A stretch of DNA of 64,000 nucleotides, from positions 6,628 through 70,627 of the forward strand of contig JAJECC010000047.1 in the NCBI GenBank assembly GCA_022822205.1, in the 5' to 3' direction. Below are positions 37,276 to 47,331 of the stretch, one piece after another; position 1 is the first letter of the stretch; each line of letters opens with the position of its first letter. The DNA is from Rhodospirillales bacterium (lineage in GTDB: Bacteria; Pseudomonadota; Alphaproteobacteria; Rhodospirillales; UBA2165). Under the pieces are notes generated by a model, which saw only the letters and a program-made list of their open reading frames with translations, was not told where the DNA came from and made no database searches. Made by a program: the position numbers and the translations under genes.

Positions 37276-38241
37276 TTGCCCGGAATCATATCAGTTCACG
37301 GGACGAAGAAAAGAATCTACAACTGGATGCCGCAGCCGGAATGGGCGGCTTCCCAACGCCGTCTTGCCCTCTCATCCTCAACGGCCGGGGTGCCGGAATT
37401 GGCCCGATCCGCTTTCAAGCTCCTCCATATGGCGATCTCGACGGTGCTGGGAATTCAGCCGAAGGGGTATTTCATTCCGTACCGCTATGCGGCGGACATG
37501 CCGCCGCCGGGCTCGACCGCCTATCCCGCCATCGAGGAACTGTTCGATGCCGCCGGCGAGCGTCAGCGGGAATTCGTAACAAACATAAAGAAATACGTTG
37601 AAGATATTGAAAAACTTGACGAAAACAATCCGCCGGAACCTCGCTGGAATCAGGATTGGTTCCCCCGGATGGACGCCGTGGCCGCCTATGTCATGGTGCG
37701 TGAATTCCAGCCGCGGCGGATCATCGAAGTCGGCTCCGGCCACTCCACCCGCTTTATGGCGCGGGCGGTCCGGGACGGAGCTCTTCCGACCCGAATAACA
37801 GCCGTCGATCCGGGGCCGCGCGCAACGATCGACGGCTTGGATGTGGAGACGGTCTCCAAACTGGTCCATGAGGTTCCCCCGGAGTTGTTCGGGGAACTCG
37901 GAGCCGGAGACATTTTGTTCATCGACTCGAGCCACATCCTGATGCCCGGTACCGATGTCGATTACCTGTTCAACTCCGTTCTGCCCCGCCTGCCGTCCGG
38001 CGTTCTGATCCACATCCACGACATTCTGTTGCCGGACCCCTACCCCGATAGCTGGACGTGGCGCGGGTACAACGAGCAATTGGGTGTTGCCGCGCTGCTT
38101 CAGGGCGGCGCGTACGAAATTCTATTTTCCAGCCGCTACGCGGTGACGCGGCTGAAAAATTCCTTCGAGGAAACGGCAGCGGCCGGCTTGCCCCTCAACA
38201 AAGGGGCCCTTGAAACCAGCCTGTGGCTACGCAAGCTCTGA
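37276..38241 (+). CDS. Class I SAM-dependent methyltransferase (Methyltransf_24-like); true start probably 37390-37429
   Basis: IIEVGSGHST, LFIDSSH, IHIHDI, NEQ. Confidence 0.8.
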   Translation: MPGIISVHGTKKRIYNWMPQPEWAASQRRLALSSSTAGVPELARSAFKLLHMAISTVLGIQPKGYFIPYRYAADMPPPGSTAYPAIEELFDAAGERQREFVTNIKKYVEDIEKLDENNPPEPRWNQDWFPRMDAVAAYVMVREFQPRRIIEVGSGHSTRFMARAVRDGALPTRITAVDPGPRATIDGLDVETVSKLVHEVPPELFGELGAGDILFIDSSHILMPGTDVDYLFNSVLPRLPSGVLIHIHDILLPDPYPDSWTWRGYNEQLGVAALLQGGAYEILFSSRYAVTRLKNSFEETAAAGLPLNKGALETSLWLRKL

Positions 38242-38745
38242 GGCGGGCGCCCGGCTGGCGCGGGTGAGGATGTAAATCGAGACCGGCGCCATGACCAGGA
38301 ACATCAATGCCGGGGCCACCCAATCCTCGGCCACGAACAGGCTCACATAGACCAGACTCGCGGTCATGGAACCGATGGCCAGGGCCTTGGCGTAGACCGG
38401 GATAACTCTGTGCCGTTCCCAATTGATCAACAACGGGCCAAAACGCGGCCGGCTGTATAGCCAGCCATAAAATCGCGCCGACGAACGGGCGAAACACCAA
38501 GCGGCAATAATCAGGAAGATTGTCGTCGGCAATCCGGGGACAACGGTGCCGACGGCGCCGAGGACGACAAAGAACACGCCCGCGCCAATCAACACCGGCC
38601 TGAGCACGGGGCCGACGACGGGAACCGGGCAGTTGTCCCTCGGCCCTGGTGCGCCGCTATCTTTGCCCGGATTTTCGATCACGTTCATACTCCATATATA
38701 TGAACGGTCTTGTCGCTCAACAACCACCGTGACCAATAATACCAA
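38227..38745 (-). CDS. YbaN (DUF454) family membrane protein
   Basis: GTVVPGLPTTIFLIIAAWCFARSS. Confidence 0.85.
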   Translation of the reverse strand: MVLLVTVVVERQDRSYIWSMNVIENPGKDSGAPGPRDNCPVPVVGPVLRPVLIGAGVFFVVLGAVGTVVPGLPTTIFLIIAAWCFARSSARFYGWLYSRPRFGPLLINWERHRVIPVYAKALAIGSMTASLVYVSLFVAEDWVAPALMFLVMAPVSIYILTRASRAPASELA

Positions 38746-38747
38746 GG

Positions 38748-39485
38748 TCAGTCGTTGACGCCCAATTCCTCGCGTTCATGCCATTTCATACGGGTCTCCC
38801 GGATCGTCCGATCGGTCCCGGCCGCTTCCGCGCCCAATTTTTGGGCCCAGGCCCACCAATTGTCCTGCACCTCGAAATTGCCATAGTCCGGATGCTGGGT
38901 GACAAGCAGCCGGTAGACGGCCTCTATATGGGGAACCGACACCTCCTCCCGGCTGAGGCTCCGCACGGTAATTCCGTCGCTCTGCATCCGGCCGGGATGT
39001 TTTCCCATCGTCCACGCATAGTCGTCGAACAACAGCCAGCCGCCGGGCCGCAGGAGTTTGTCCACCAGAAAATACGCCAGCCCGTCGATGGTCCAATTCT
39101 TCGCGCCGTCGATGAAACAGAAGTCGTAGCATGGCTCGCACACCCCGTTCCCGGAACGCGCCTCGATCCGCTTTTTCAGAAACCAGGTGTATGAGTTCTT
39201 TTCCCGGTGAATGGTGACCCGGCTGCCGAGCCCGGTCCTTTCGAGCAACCTTTCGAGATTGGGGTCCCGCTCGCCGGCGGTGAGCAGGTCGACCGTATCG
39301 AGGTGTCCGCGGCCTTCCTCTTCCATGGCCGCGGCCAAATAGACCGATGACACGCCATGGGCATGGCCCAGTTCCAGGCACCGCTCGGGGCGATGGTTGA
39401 CGACGAACTGGTAAAGCTCCCAGCCCTCATCGACGCCCAGGTACGGAATGCCGTCCAATGCGGCGCGGACATCGTCAAATTTCAT
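38748..39485 (-). CDS. Class I SAM-dependent methyltransferase (Methyltransf_24-like)
   Basis: LELGHAHGVS, DFCFIDGAK, LLRPGGWLLFDD. Confidence 0.8.
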   Translation of the reverse strand: MKFDDVRAALDGIPYLGVDEGWELYQFVVNHRPERCLELGHAHGVSSVYLAAAMEEEGRGHLDTVDLLTAGERDPNLERLLERTGLGSRVTIHREKNSYTWFLKKRIEARSGNGVCEPCYDFCFIDGAKNWTIDGLAYFLVDKLLRPGGWLLFDDYAWTMGKHPGRMQSDGITVRSLSREEVSVPHIEAVYRLLVTQHPDYGNFEVQDNWWAWAQKLGAEAAGTDRTIRETRMKWHEREELGVND

Positions 39486-39957
39486 GGACGAAACTTAGAG
39501 CAGTATCGGGCCAGATTGAACCATTTGACCGGGATTAATTCGTGTCGTGGCCAGGCGCGCCGCGAACGGCGATGCAGGCCCATCGGCGGCCATCGACGGA
39601 GTGACGCAACGCCGCCACGGCGCGAAGGAACCCGGCCTCCGGTGGCGCTCCCCGGTCCCCCGGGTGCGTTGCGGGCCTCGTCCGATGCACACACATCGCA
39701 CTTCGGCCCGCGCCTGCCCGGCCAACCGATGAGCGCCATCAAATTGATCCAATCTGGCCGGATACTGCTCTAATTATCCACAGATTTCCGCGCCTCCCGC
39801 GGAGGTTCTTGTTGCGCGCCGTAACGCCTTCTGGCAGGCTAACCCTTGTAGGATAGATGTCCCACACCCCCTATATGTAGGTAATAACCATATATATGGG
39901 GGTATTTCACCTGTCCTTCGAAACAGCAGGCGCCACCGCTTCCGGAAGGCTTCCGCC

Positions 39958-40458
39958 ATGGCACATTTGGATCTACAGACAACCACCTACTCCTCTCATC
40001 CGCTGGACGTCGTCGAACACGTGATGCAGGAGCAAAACTGGCGTTTTGACCGCAGCTGCGACGACGAAGTGTCGGCCGAGTACCGCGGCAATTGGTGCGA
40101 CTACGGCGTCCATTTTGCCTGGTCGACCGAAGTCGACGCCATCCACTTCACCTGTGCCTTTGATATGCGGGTGCCCGAGGCGCGCAAATCCTCGGTTCAC
40201 CAGCTCTTGGCCCTGGTCAATGATCGCCTTTGGCTGGGACATTTCGGACTTTGGAACAACGAGGGCCTGCCCATGTACCGGCACGCCGTGCTGCTCCGGG
40301 GCGCCAGTATTTCTTCACAGCAGATCGAGGATCTGCTCGACGTGGCGGTCTTCGAGTGCGAACGGTTCTATCCCGCCTTCCAGTACGTCATCTGGGGCGG
40401 CAAGCCGGCCGACGAAGCCATCGAGGCGTCGATGATCGAGCCCATGGGAGAGGCCTAG
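39958..40458 (+). CDS. YbjN domain protein
   Basis: HPLDVVE, VNDRLWLGHF, FECERFYPAFQYV; upstream of proC as in many Alphaproteobacteria. Confidence 0.82.
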   Translation: MAHLDLQTTTYSSHPLDVVEHVMQEQNWRFDRSCDDEVSAEYRGNWCDYGVHFAWSTEVDAIHFTCAFDMRVPEARKSSVHQLLALVNDRLWLGHFGLWNNEGLPMYRHAVLLRGASISSQQIEDLLDVAVFECERFYPAFQYVIWGGKPADEAIEASMIEPMGEA

Positions 40459-40485
40459 GCGGCGCCTCCCGGGAACCATGAAGCC

Positions 40486-41283
40486 ATGAAACTCCTACTC
40501 GTCGGCTGCGGGAACATGGGCGGCGCGCTCCTGGCCGGGTGGCTCGATACCGGTGTGAGTCCGGGTGATGTCGTCGGCGTCGATCCGGCCCCGGCGCCGG
40601 CGGCCGCCGCGCTTGGGCCGGATATCGTCGGCTCGGCCAAGGAAATACCCGCCGCGTTCAAGCCCGACATGATCATCATCGCGGTGAAACCGCAGGGAAT
40701 CGAAGACGTGGTGCCGGCGTTCTCGAACCTCGCCGCCGGCGCCGCCACGCTCTCCATCGTTGCGGGAACGACGATCGGCAAACTGAGCGGCCTGATCGGC
40801 GGATCGCCGGCGATTGTCAGGGCCATGCCCAACACGCCGGCCGCAATCGGGCGCGGCATCTCGGTGCTCTGCGCCAACGAACGGACATCGGCCACGGCGC
40901 GCGAGACGGCCGGAAAGCTCATGTCCGCCGTCGGCGAAGTGGCCTGGGTCGAGGACGAGTCGCTCCTGGATCCGGTGACCGCCGTTTCCGGCAGCGGACC
41001 CGCCTATATCTTTCTGCTCGCCGAATGCCTGGCCGAGGCGGGCGTGGCGGCCGGCCTCCCGGGTAACCTGGCGCGGCAGCTCGCCCGGGCGACGGTGGCC
41101 GGGGCGGGCGAAATGCTGCACCGGACGGACACCCCGGCGGCGGCCCTGCGCGAAAATGTGACCAGCCCGGGCGGCACCACCGAAGCGGCCCTCGGCGCCC
41201 TGATGGCCGATGACGGCATGCAGCCGCTGCTCACAGAAGCGATCCGGCGGGCGACGGAACGCTCCCGGGAACTGGCCGGGTAA
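40486..41283 (+). CDS. proC: Pyrroline-5-carboxylate reductase
   Basis: GCGNMG, AVKPQ, RAMPNT, TAVSGSGPAY, VTSPGGTT. Confidence 0.95.
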   Translation: MKLLLVGCGNMGGALLAGWLDTGVSPGDVVGVDPAPAPAAAALGPDIVGSAKEIPAAFKPDMIIIAVKPQGIEDVVPAFSNLAAGAATLSIVAGTTIGKLSGLIGGSPAIVRAMPNTPAAIGRGISVLCANERTSATARETAGKLMSAVGEVAWVEDESLLDPVTAVSGSGPAYIFLLAECLAEAGVAAGLPGNLARQLARATVAGAGEMLHRTDTPAAALRENVTSPGGTTEAALGALMADDGMQPLLTEAIRRATERSRELAG

Positions 41284-41286
41284 AGG

Positions 41287-42138
41287 TTATTTGGGGAGCC
41301 GGACGTTGGCCTCGGCGATGGCCGGTTCCAGAAACTCGCGCAGCATCTCCAAACCCTTGGCCTCCAATTGCCGGACCCTGTCCTTGGAGAGGTTCAGTTC
41401 CTTGCCCAGGGCGGCGAGGGTGTGACGCGCCTCGTCCAGGTAGCGGCGGCGGATAATGAACTGCTCCCGGTCGGGCAGCATTTCAAGCGCCTTGGCCAAC
41501 AAATCGTTGAGCGTCTTTGCATCGCCCTCCTCGGCCAGCCGGTCTTCGGCCGATGCCTCGGGAGACACCAGCGCGTCGAGCCACGACCGTCCGGCCTCGT
41601 CACCGGTCCCGCCGTCGAGCGACTGATCCCGCTGGGCGACCCGGCGGGCAAGCCCGCGCACCTCGGCGGCGGTGGTCTCGAAGCGTTCGGCGAGCTTGCT
41701 CACGATGTCCTCGCCGAGGGCGTCAGCGCCGTCGATCAGCTCCGAAGTCATGCGGCGCAGGTTCAGGAATAGCGACTTCTGGGCCGAGGTCGTGCCGAGC
41801 CGCACCAGCGACCAGGAACGCACGACGTGATCCTGGATAGCGGCGCGGATCCACCACGCCGCGTAAGTCGAAAGCCGGACGTCCTTGTCGGGGTTGAACC
41901 GATTCACCGCCTGGATCAGGCCGACCATGCCTTCCTGCACCAGATCGGGCATGGGAACCCCGGATTGCCGGTAATTGGCGGCGATCTTGGCGACGAAGCG
42001 GACATGGCTGGTAATCAGCCGGTCGATGGCGTCCGAATCCCCCTCGCCGGCCAAGCGCGCGAGGCGGCGCTCCTCTTCGCGTTCCAGCGGCGCGGTGGCG
42101 CGGCCGGCATCCAGCAGGGATCGGCGATCACGCGTCAT
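41287..42138 (-). CDS. rpoH2: Sigma-32 family RNA polymerase sigma factor (RpoH2-like)
   Basis: DLVQEGMVGL, RLSTYAAWWIRA, RpoH-box-like QKSLFLNLR, SKDRVRQLE; start uncertain. Confidence 0.75.
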   Translation of the reverse strand: MTRDRRSLLDAGRATAPLEREEERRLARLAGEGDSDAIDRLITSHVRFVAKIAANYRQSGVPMPDLVQEGMVGLIQAVNRFNPDKDVRLSTYAAWWIRAAIQDHVVRSWSLVRLGTTSAQKSLFLNLRRMTSELIDGADALGEDIVSKLAERFETTAAEVRGLARRVAQRDQSLDGGTGDEAGRSWLDALVSPEASAEDRLAEEGDAKTLNDLLAKALEMLPDREQFIIRRRYLDEARHTLAALGKELNLSKDRVRQLEAKGLEMLREFLEPAIAEANVRLPK

Positions 42139-42324
42139 GAGATGATACCGGACCGGCAAACGGGCCCGCCTCCTCAAGTCGGGGATCATATCGCCGTTCC
42201 GCCGCCAACCCCATAGGAAATTGCGGCAATCCGCGGGTCCGGCCGATGCGGGCATGGGAACGCTTGGTGCCCCCCGGAATACGCGATAGAGTGGGTCATC
42301 AAAACAGCACCAGGGTTCGGAAAA

Positions 42325-42942
42325 ATGGCGAAACGGCCGTCACCCCGAAACAGGATCATCACGGCGGCGCTCAAGCTGGCGGCGGACAATCCGTGGCGGG
42401 ACGTCCGCATGGACGACATTGCGGAGGAAGCCAATGTCAAGATGGACGTCCTCACCAGGGAATTCCGGTCGAAATCGGCAATTCTCGGCGGAATTAATTC
42501 GATGATCGACGAGGCCATGGTCAAATCGGCGGGGAAGGCGGACCCCGAAGAGACGGTTCGCGACCGGCTCTTCGAGCTTCTGATGGCCCGGTTCGACGCG
42601 CTGCAGCCCAACAAGGCGGCCATTCTCTCGATGCTGCGCGGTACCGTCGGCATCGACCCCGGGGCGACGCTGGCGGGTGCCTGCGGCCTCGCAGGTTCCA
42701 TGCGGATGGCCCTCGACGCGGCGCCGGTGAATACGGGAGGCCGCCTCGGCCGGCTCAAGGTCAACGGGCTGATCGGGGTCTACCTGGCGACGGCGCGAAT
42801 TTGGATGACCGACGAGACGGACGATCTCGCACCGACCATGGCCGCGCTGGACAAGAATCTCCGGCGTGCCGGCCAGTGGGCCGACATGCTCGAAAAGGGA
42901 CCGTTCCGGCGGCCGCGCACCAACGCCGCCCAGGAGAGCTGA
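42325..42942 (+). CDS. TetR/AcrR-like protein
   Basis: N-terminal HTH (DIAEEA), RDRLFELLMARFDAL, TMAALDKNL. Confidence 0.72.
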   Translation: MAKRPSPRNRIITAALKLAADNPWRDVRMDDIAEEANVKMDVLTREFRSKSAILGGINSMIDEAMVKSAGKADPEETVRDRLFELLMARFDALQPNKAAILSMLRGTVGIDPGATLAGACGLAGSMRMALDAAPVNTGGRLGRLKVNGLIGVYLATARIWMTDETDDLAPTMAALDKNLRRAGQWADMLEKGPFRRPRTNAAQES

Positions 42943-42955
42943 GCGCGCCGGCGGC

Positions 42956-43297
42956 ATGTCCGATCACATTGCCTACGACGATTTCCTGAAAGTCGATATC
43001 CGCGTCGGCAAGGTGATCGACGCTCAGCCGTTCCCCGAGGCGCGCAAACCGGCCATCATTCTGGAAGTCGATTTCGGTCCCGAGGTCGGCACCCGGAAAT
43101 CGTCGGCGCAGATCACCAAATATTACGAGCCCGAACAGCTGATCGGGCGATTGGTCCTGGCGGTGGTCAACTTTCCCCCCAAGCAGATCGGGCCGATGAT
43201 GTCCCAATGCCTGGTCCTGGGGGTCCCGGACGAAGAGGGCGAAGTGGTGCTGATCGGCGCCGACCGTGAGGTCCCGCTCGGCGGCCGGCTCTTTTGA
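42956..43297 (+). CDS. csaA: CsaA tRNA-binding/export chaperone
   Basis: DFLKVDIRVG, RKSSAQIT, VVNFPPKQIG, LVLG; start re-set to ATG 42956. Confidence 0.88.
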   Translation: MSDHIAYDDFLKVDIRVGKVIDAQPFPEARKPAIILEVDFGPEVGTRKSSAQITKYYEPEQLIGRLVLAVVNFPPKQIGPMMSQCLVLGVPDEEGEVVLIGADREVPLGGRLF

Positions 43298-43306
43298 TTC
43301 GAGAAC

Positions 43307-44614
43307 TCAGATCGGCAGAATAACCCGGGCGCGCAGACCGCCCGAGGGCGATTGATCGAGATCGATATCGCCGCCGTGCCCTCGGATCACATCCCGGGCG
43401 ATCGACAACCCCAACCCGACGCCGCCCGTACCGGTGTTCCGCGAATTATCGAGCCGGAAGAACGGCTTGAACGCGTCGCTCCGCTGATCCTCGGGAATGC
43501 CGGGACCGTCATCGTCGATGGTGATCTCGATGGTCTCGCCGCGCTGGCCCGCCCGCACCGAAACGTGCTCGCCGTAGCGGCCGGCGTTTTCGACCAGGTT
43601 GGTGACGCAGCGCTTGAACGCGTTCGGGCGCACCGCGACCTGTATATCGCCCTCGGTATGGAGGTCGACGGCGGCGCCTCTGCGCCGGGATTGCCCGACC
43701 ACCTCGTCGAGCATGCCGCCGATGTCGGTCAGTTCCGGAGTTTCGTCACCCTCGCCGCGGGCAAAGGCAAGGTAACCCTCCAGCATATGCTCCATCTCGG
43801 CGACGTCCTCCTTGAGATCCGCCGCCGCCTGGCTGTCCTTGAGCATCGCCAATTGCAATTTCATCCGTGTCAACGGCGTCCGGAGATCGTGTGATACGCC
43901 GGACAACATGTCCGTCCGCTGCGCGATATTGCGCTGAATCCGGTCCCGCATGGCGAGGAACGCCGACGCCGCCCGCCGCACCTCGGCAGCGCCCTCGGGC
44001 TTGAAATTCGGGGCGTCCCGGCCCTTGCCGAAACTATCCGCGGCCGTCGCCAGACGCCGGATCGGCCGCACCTGATTGCGCATGAAGATGATGGCGACGG
44101 CGAACAGGATCAGCGACGTACCCACCATCCACATGACGAAAACATAAGTGGTCGAACTGAACAGCCGCTTGCGGCTGGCAACAATGTCCAGAATCCCATC
44201 CTGGAGTTGTATGGAAACCAGGACATGGCGGTCAACGGCTTCCATGTCGATGACGAACGGCTTCTTCACCACCTCATCCAAAGCCTCGAACAGCACGCTT
44301 TCGATAAAGCCGCTGGATACCTTGGCCGGAGCGTTGGCGAGAATTTCGCCGCGCCGCATGTTGATGTTCAGGCCCATGGTTTGGGCCGCCAAGCCGACGG
44401 TGCTGTTTCGGCCGGGCGGCGCATCCTGTTCCCGCAGCAGTAAAATCAGCGCGCTGATATCGCCGGCAAGGTTACGCGCAAGGCGCACGCTCACCTTGTC
44501 CCAGTGGCTCTCCCAGAATACCGCCGCCGAAACGACCTGCAGCAAAATCAGGGGCGTCACGATGATGAGCACCGATCTGCCGAGCAGGCTTCGAGGCAGA
44601 AACCGCTTGATCAC
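43307..44614 (-). CDS. EnvZ-like sensor histidine kinase
   Basis: GVSHDLRTPL, NLVENA, DDDGPGI, GVGLGLSIA. Confidence 0.9.
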   Translation of the reverse strand: MIKRFLPRSLLGRSVLIIVTPLILLQVVSAAVFWESHWDKVSVRLARNLAGDISALILLLREQDAPPGRNSTVGLAAQTMGLNINMRRGEILANAPAKVSSGFIESVLFEALDEVVKKPFVIDMEAVDRHVLVSIQLQDGILDIVASRKRLFSSTTYVFVMWMVGTSLILFAVAIIFMRNQVRPIRRLATAADSFGKGRDAPNFKPEGAAEVRRAASAFLAMRDRIQRNIAQRTDMLSGVSHDLRTPLTRMKLQLAMLKDSQAAADLKEDVAEMEHMLEGYLAFARGEGDETPELTDIGGMLDEVVGQSRRRGAAVDLHTEGDIQVAVRPNAFKRCVTNLVENAGRYGEHVSVRAGQRGETIEITIDDDGPGIPEDQRSDAFKPFFRLDNSRNTGTGGVGLGLSIARDVIRGHGGDIDLDQSPSGGLRARVILPI

Positions 44615-44641
44615 GTTTGGCCTCTCCTAAGCGTCGCCGCT

Positions 44642-45325
44642 TCAATCGGGGCGCAAAACATACCCTTTTCCGCGAACGGTTTGAAGATACCTTGGGGCCC
44701 GCGGCTCCGGCTCGATTTTGCGTCTCAGCCGATTGACCTGGACGTCGATGGCCCGGTCGCCGCCGCCCGGCGTGAACCGTTTGGCCAGTTCGGCCCGGCT
44801 GAAGACAGACCCCGGATTCTCCGCCAGGGCCTTGAGCAGCCTGCCCTCGGAAGCCGTAAGATGGATCGTCGACGCGCCACGCCGAAGTTCCTCGCGGCGG
44901 TGATCGAACACCACATCGCCCATCCGGGTTTCCGTCGGCACCTCGGTATCGGCGGGTAAGCGGCGCAGGATGCTTTCAATTCTCAGCACCAGTTCCCGCG
45001 GCTCGAAGGGTTTGGCGAGATAGTCATCGACCCCCGCTTCGAGACCCGCAATCCGGTCATCCGCCTCACCTCGTGCCGTCAACATCAGAATCGGCGTGCG
45101 CCCCAGCTCCCGCAGGGAAGCGGCAAAGTCGATCCCGTCCTCGCCGGGCATCATCCAATCGAGCACAACAAGATCGAAGGCGAGGCTTTCCATCTTTTGC
45201 CGGGCGTCTTCGGCACTCTCGGCCACCGTCACACGGAACCCCGCATCACTCAGGTATTGGTGAAGCAATTCCCGCAGCCGGTCGTCGTCATCGACGACCA
45301 GAATATGATTATTGTCGAGGCCCAT
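44642..45325 (-). CDS. OmpR-like response regulator (PetR-like)
   Basis: HILVVDDDDRLR, LDWMMP, DDYLAKPF, RAIDVQVNRLRRK. Confidence 0.92.
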   Translation of the reverse strand: MGLDNNHILVVDDDDRLRELLHQYLSDAGFRVTVAESAEDARQKMESLAFDLVVLDWMMPGEDGIDFAASLRELGRTPILMLTARGEADDRIAGLEAGVDDYLAKPFEPRELVLRIESILRRLPADTEVPTETRMGDVVFDHRREELRRGASTIHLTASEGRLLKALAENPGSVFSRAELAKRFTPGGGDRAIDVQVNRLRRKIEPEPRAPRYLQTVRGKGYVLRPD

Positions 45326-45411
45326 GGCTCACTATAGATCATCTCCGTTGACGGGACTCAAAAATGGTCTCCCCAGTCCGGCATGGAGACCCGGAGAAAA
45401 AGAGCGCCCAT

Positions 45412-45897
45412 CTAGCCTCCGCCGCCTCCTTTCGGCGGCCCCGAGATCATCAGGTCGAGAACGGTGCGAAATCCACGAACCGCGTCCGGTCCCGCGGTGC
45501 CGTAGGCGCGGGCGAAACGCCGGCGCTGATCCTCCGACAGGCGGCGCTCGAGTTCGGTCCCTTGCCTGGTCAGATAGAGACGGCGCTGCCGGCGGTCGGT
45601 CTCACCCTGGCGCTGTTCCACATATCCTTCCCGAATCAGCTGACTAAGCACCCGCGACAAGCTCTGTTTGGTGATCTGGAGAATATCGAGAAGTTGGCGC
45701 ACGGCCATGCCCGGGTACCGGCCGACGAAGAAAATGACCCGGTGATGGGCACGCCCGAAACCGTACTCGGTCAGGATTCTGTCCGGCCGGGCGATGAAAT
45801 CACGGTAGGCGAAGAACAGGTGCTCCATACCCGCCCGTAATTCCTCCTCGGCGTCGGGGGCGGCGTCGTCCGGTTGATCGGTAAGCGGAGTATCCAT
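45412..45897 (-). CDS. MarR family regulator (PetP-like)
   Basis: FGRAHHRVIFFV, ITKQSLSRVL, DRRQRRLYLT. Confidence 0.88.
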   Translation of the reverse strand: MDTPLTDQPDDAAPDAEEELRAGMEHLFFAYRDFIARPDRILTEYGFGRAHHRVIFFVGRYPGMAVRQLLDILQITKQSLSRVLSQLIREGYVEQRQGETDRRQRRLYLTRQGTELERRLSEDQRRRFARAYGTAGPDAVRGFRTVLDLMISGPPKGGGGG

Positions 45898-45936
45898 GGG
45901 GCGCCTAAGTAATCGTCCGGTAAATTAGAGCCGAAA

Positions 45937-45963
45937 ATATATGTCAGTGTTATTGACATATAT
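45937..45963. promoter_or_regulatory. Inverted repeat, candidate MarR operator in the marR/ilvE divergent promoter
   Basis: ATATATGTCA 45937-45946 and TGACATATAT 45954-45963, perfect 10-bp arms, 7-nt spacer. Confidence 0.6.
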
Positions 45964-46027
45964 GCCAGGGATTGATAAAAAACGCAATATGATTCCTGGG
46001 GTTAAGTTGACTTAGAAAGATAATTTC

Positions 46028-46930
46028 ATGGCTGGCTCTACGTTTGACGACCGCGACGGCCTCATCTGGTACGACGGCGAAATGGTGGAATGGCGAAGCG
46101 CCAATATCCACATTCTCTCACACGCCCTTCATTACGCCTCCAGCGTTTTCGAGGGTGACCGGGTTTACGGCGGTAAAATTTTCAAACTCACCGAGCATAC
46201 GGAACGGCTGATCAATTCAGGCCGCATACTGGGTTTTGAGATCCCGTACTCGGTCGAAGAAATCAACGCCGCCTGCATCCAGTGTTGCGAGGCCAACAAT
46301 ATCGTCGACGGCTACGTGCGGCCGGTTGCGTGGCGCGGCAGCGAGATGATGGGTGTCTCGGCGCAGGCCACCAAGATCCACTTGGCGATCGCAGTGTGGG
46401 ACTGGCCATCCTATTTCTCGCCCGAGGCGCGGATGAAGGGTATCCGTCTGAAGACCACCGAATGGCGGCGTCCGGCGCCCGATACGGCCCCGGTGCACGC
46501 CAAGGCGGCCGGGCTCTACATGATATGCACCATGTCGAAGCACGCGGCCGAAGCCGAAGGCTACGATGACGCCCTGATGCTCGATTGGCAGGGCCGGGTC
46601 GCCGAATGCACCGGCGCCAACATCTTCTTCGTCATGGAGGACGGCAAAATCCATACGCCGACGCCGGACTGCTTCCTCGACGGCATCACCCGCCGCTCGG
46701 TCATCGAGCTGGCGGAGAAGCGGGGCTATGACATCATCGAGCGGCGTATCATGCCGGAGGAAATCGGCGCCGCAGAGGAAGTGTTCGTGACCGGCACCGC
46801 CGCCGAGGTGACGCCCGTCGGCGCCATCGACGACCACGCCTTTACCGTCGGCGAGATCACCCGGACCCTGATGGCCGATTACGACAAGCTCGTCGGCAAG
46901 TCCGATGTCGACGCGGCGTCGGCCGCCTAG
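46028..46930 (+). CDS. ilvE: Branched-chain amino acid aminotransferase
   Basis: HALHYASSVFEG, AKAAGLY, ECTGANIF, LDGITR, TGTAAEVTP. Confidence 0.92.
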   Translation: MAGSTFDDRDGLIWYDGEMVEWRSANIHILSHALHYASSVFEGDRVYGGKIFKLTEHTERLINSGRILGFEIPYSVEEINAACIQCCEANNIVDGYVRPVAWRGSEMMGVSAQATKIHLAIAVWDWPSYFSPEARMKGIRLKTTEWRRPAPDTAPVHAKAAGLYMICTMSKHAAEAEGYDDALMLDWQGRVAECTGANIFFVMEDGKIHTPTPDCFLDGITRRSVIELAEKRGYDIIERRIMPEEIGAAEEVFVTGTAAEVTPVGAIDDHAFTVGEITRTLMADYDKLVGKSDVDAASAA

Positions 46931-46933
46931 GTC

Positions 46934-47272
46934 TTGAGCGGCTGGGAAACCGATCGCCTCAAATCGCGGATGCGGGTCCAAGCGCTGATCCGCCATTTCG
47001 ACCGGCAGAACATCAGCGCCGTGGTCCGGCGCAGCGGCGACGACGACGCAGGCGCGCTATTGATCGTCATCGACCGGCGGGAGGGAAGCCCGAGCATCCT
47101 TAGCGAGGTGCGCAATCCCGAGGGCGCCCTCGAATGGTCGGAACGCCGGCTTGCCGAGAATGAGGACCTCCCTGGAATCCTTGAAAAACAGGCCCATTTC
47201 GACCCCGACATCTGGATCGTCGATATCGACGATCCGGATTCTCGTGTCACCATCGACGGAATCGTGATTTGA
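46934..47272 (+). CDS. DUF1491 family protein
   Basis: RLKSRMRVQALIR, GDDDAGAL, FDPDIWIVDID. Confidence 0.8.
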   Translation: MSGWETDRLKSRMRVQALIRHFDRQNISAVVRRSGDDDAGALLIVIDRREGSPSILSEVRNPEGALEWSERRLAENEDLPGILEKQAHFDPDIWIVDIDDPDSRVTIDGIVI

Positions 47273-47331
47273 TGGCCGTTCAACCTGAATATCAGGCCAT
47301 ATGCTGAAAAGGGGCTGAAAAGGGGAATATC

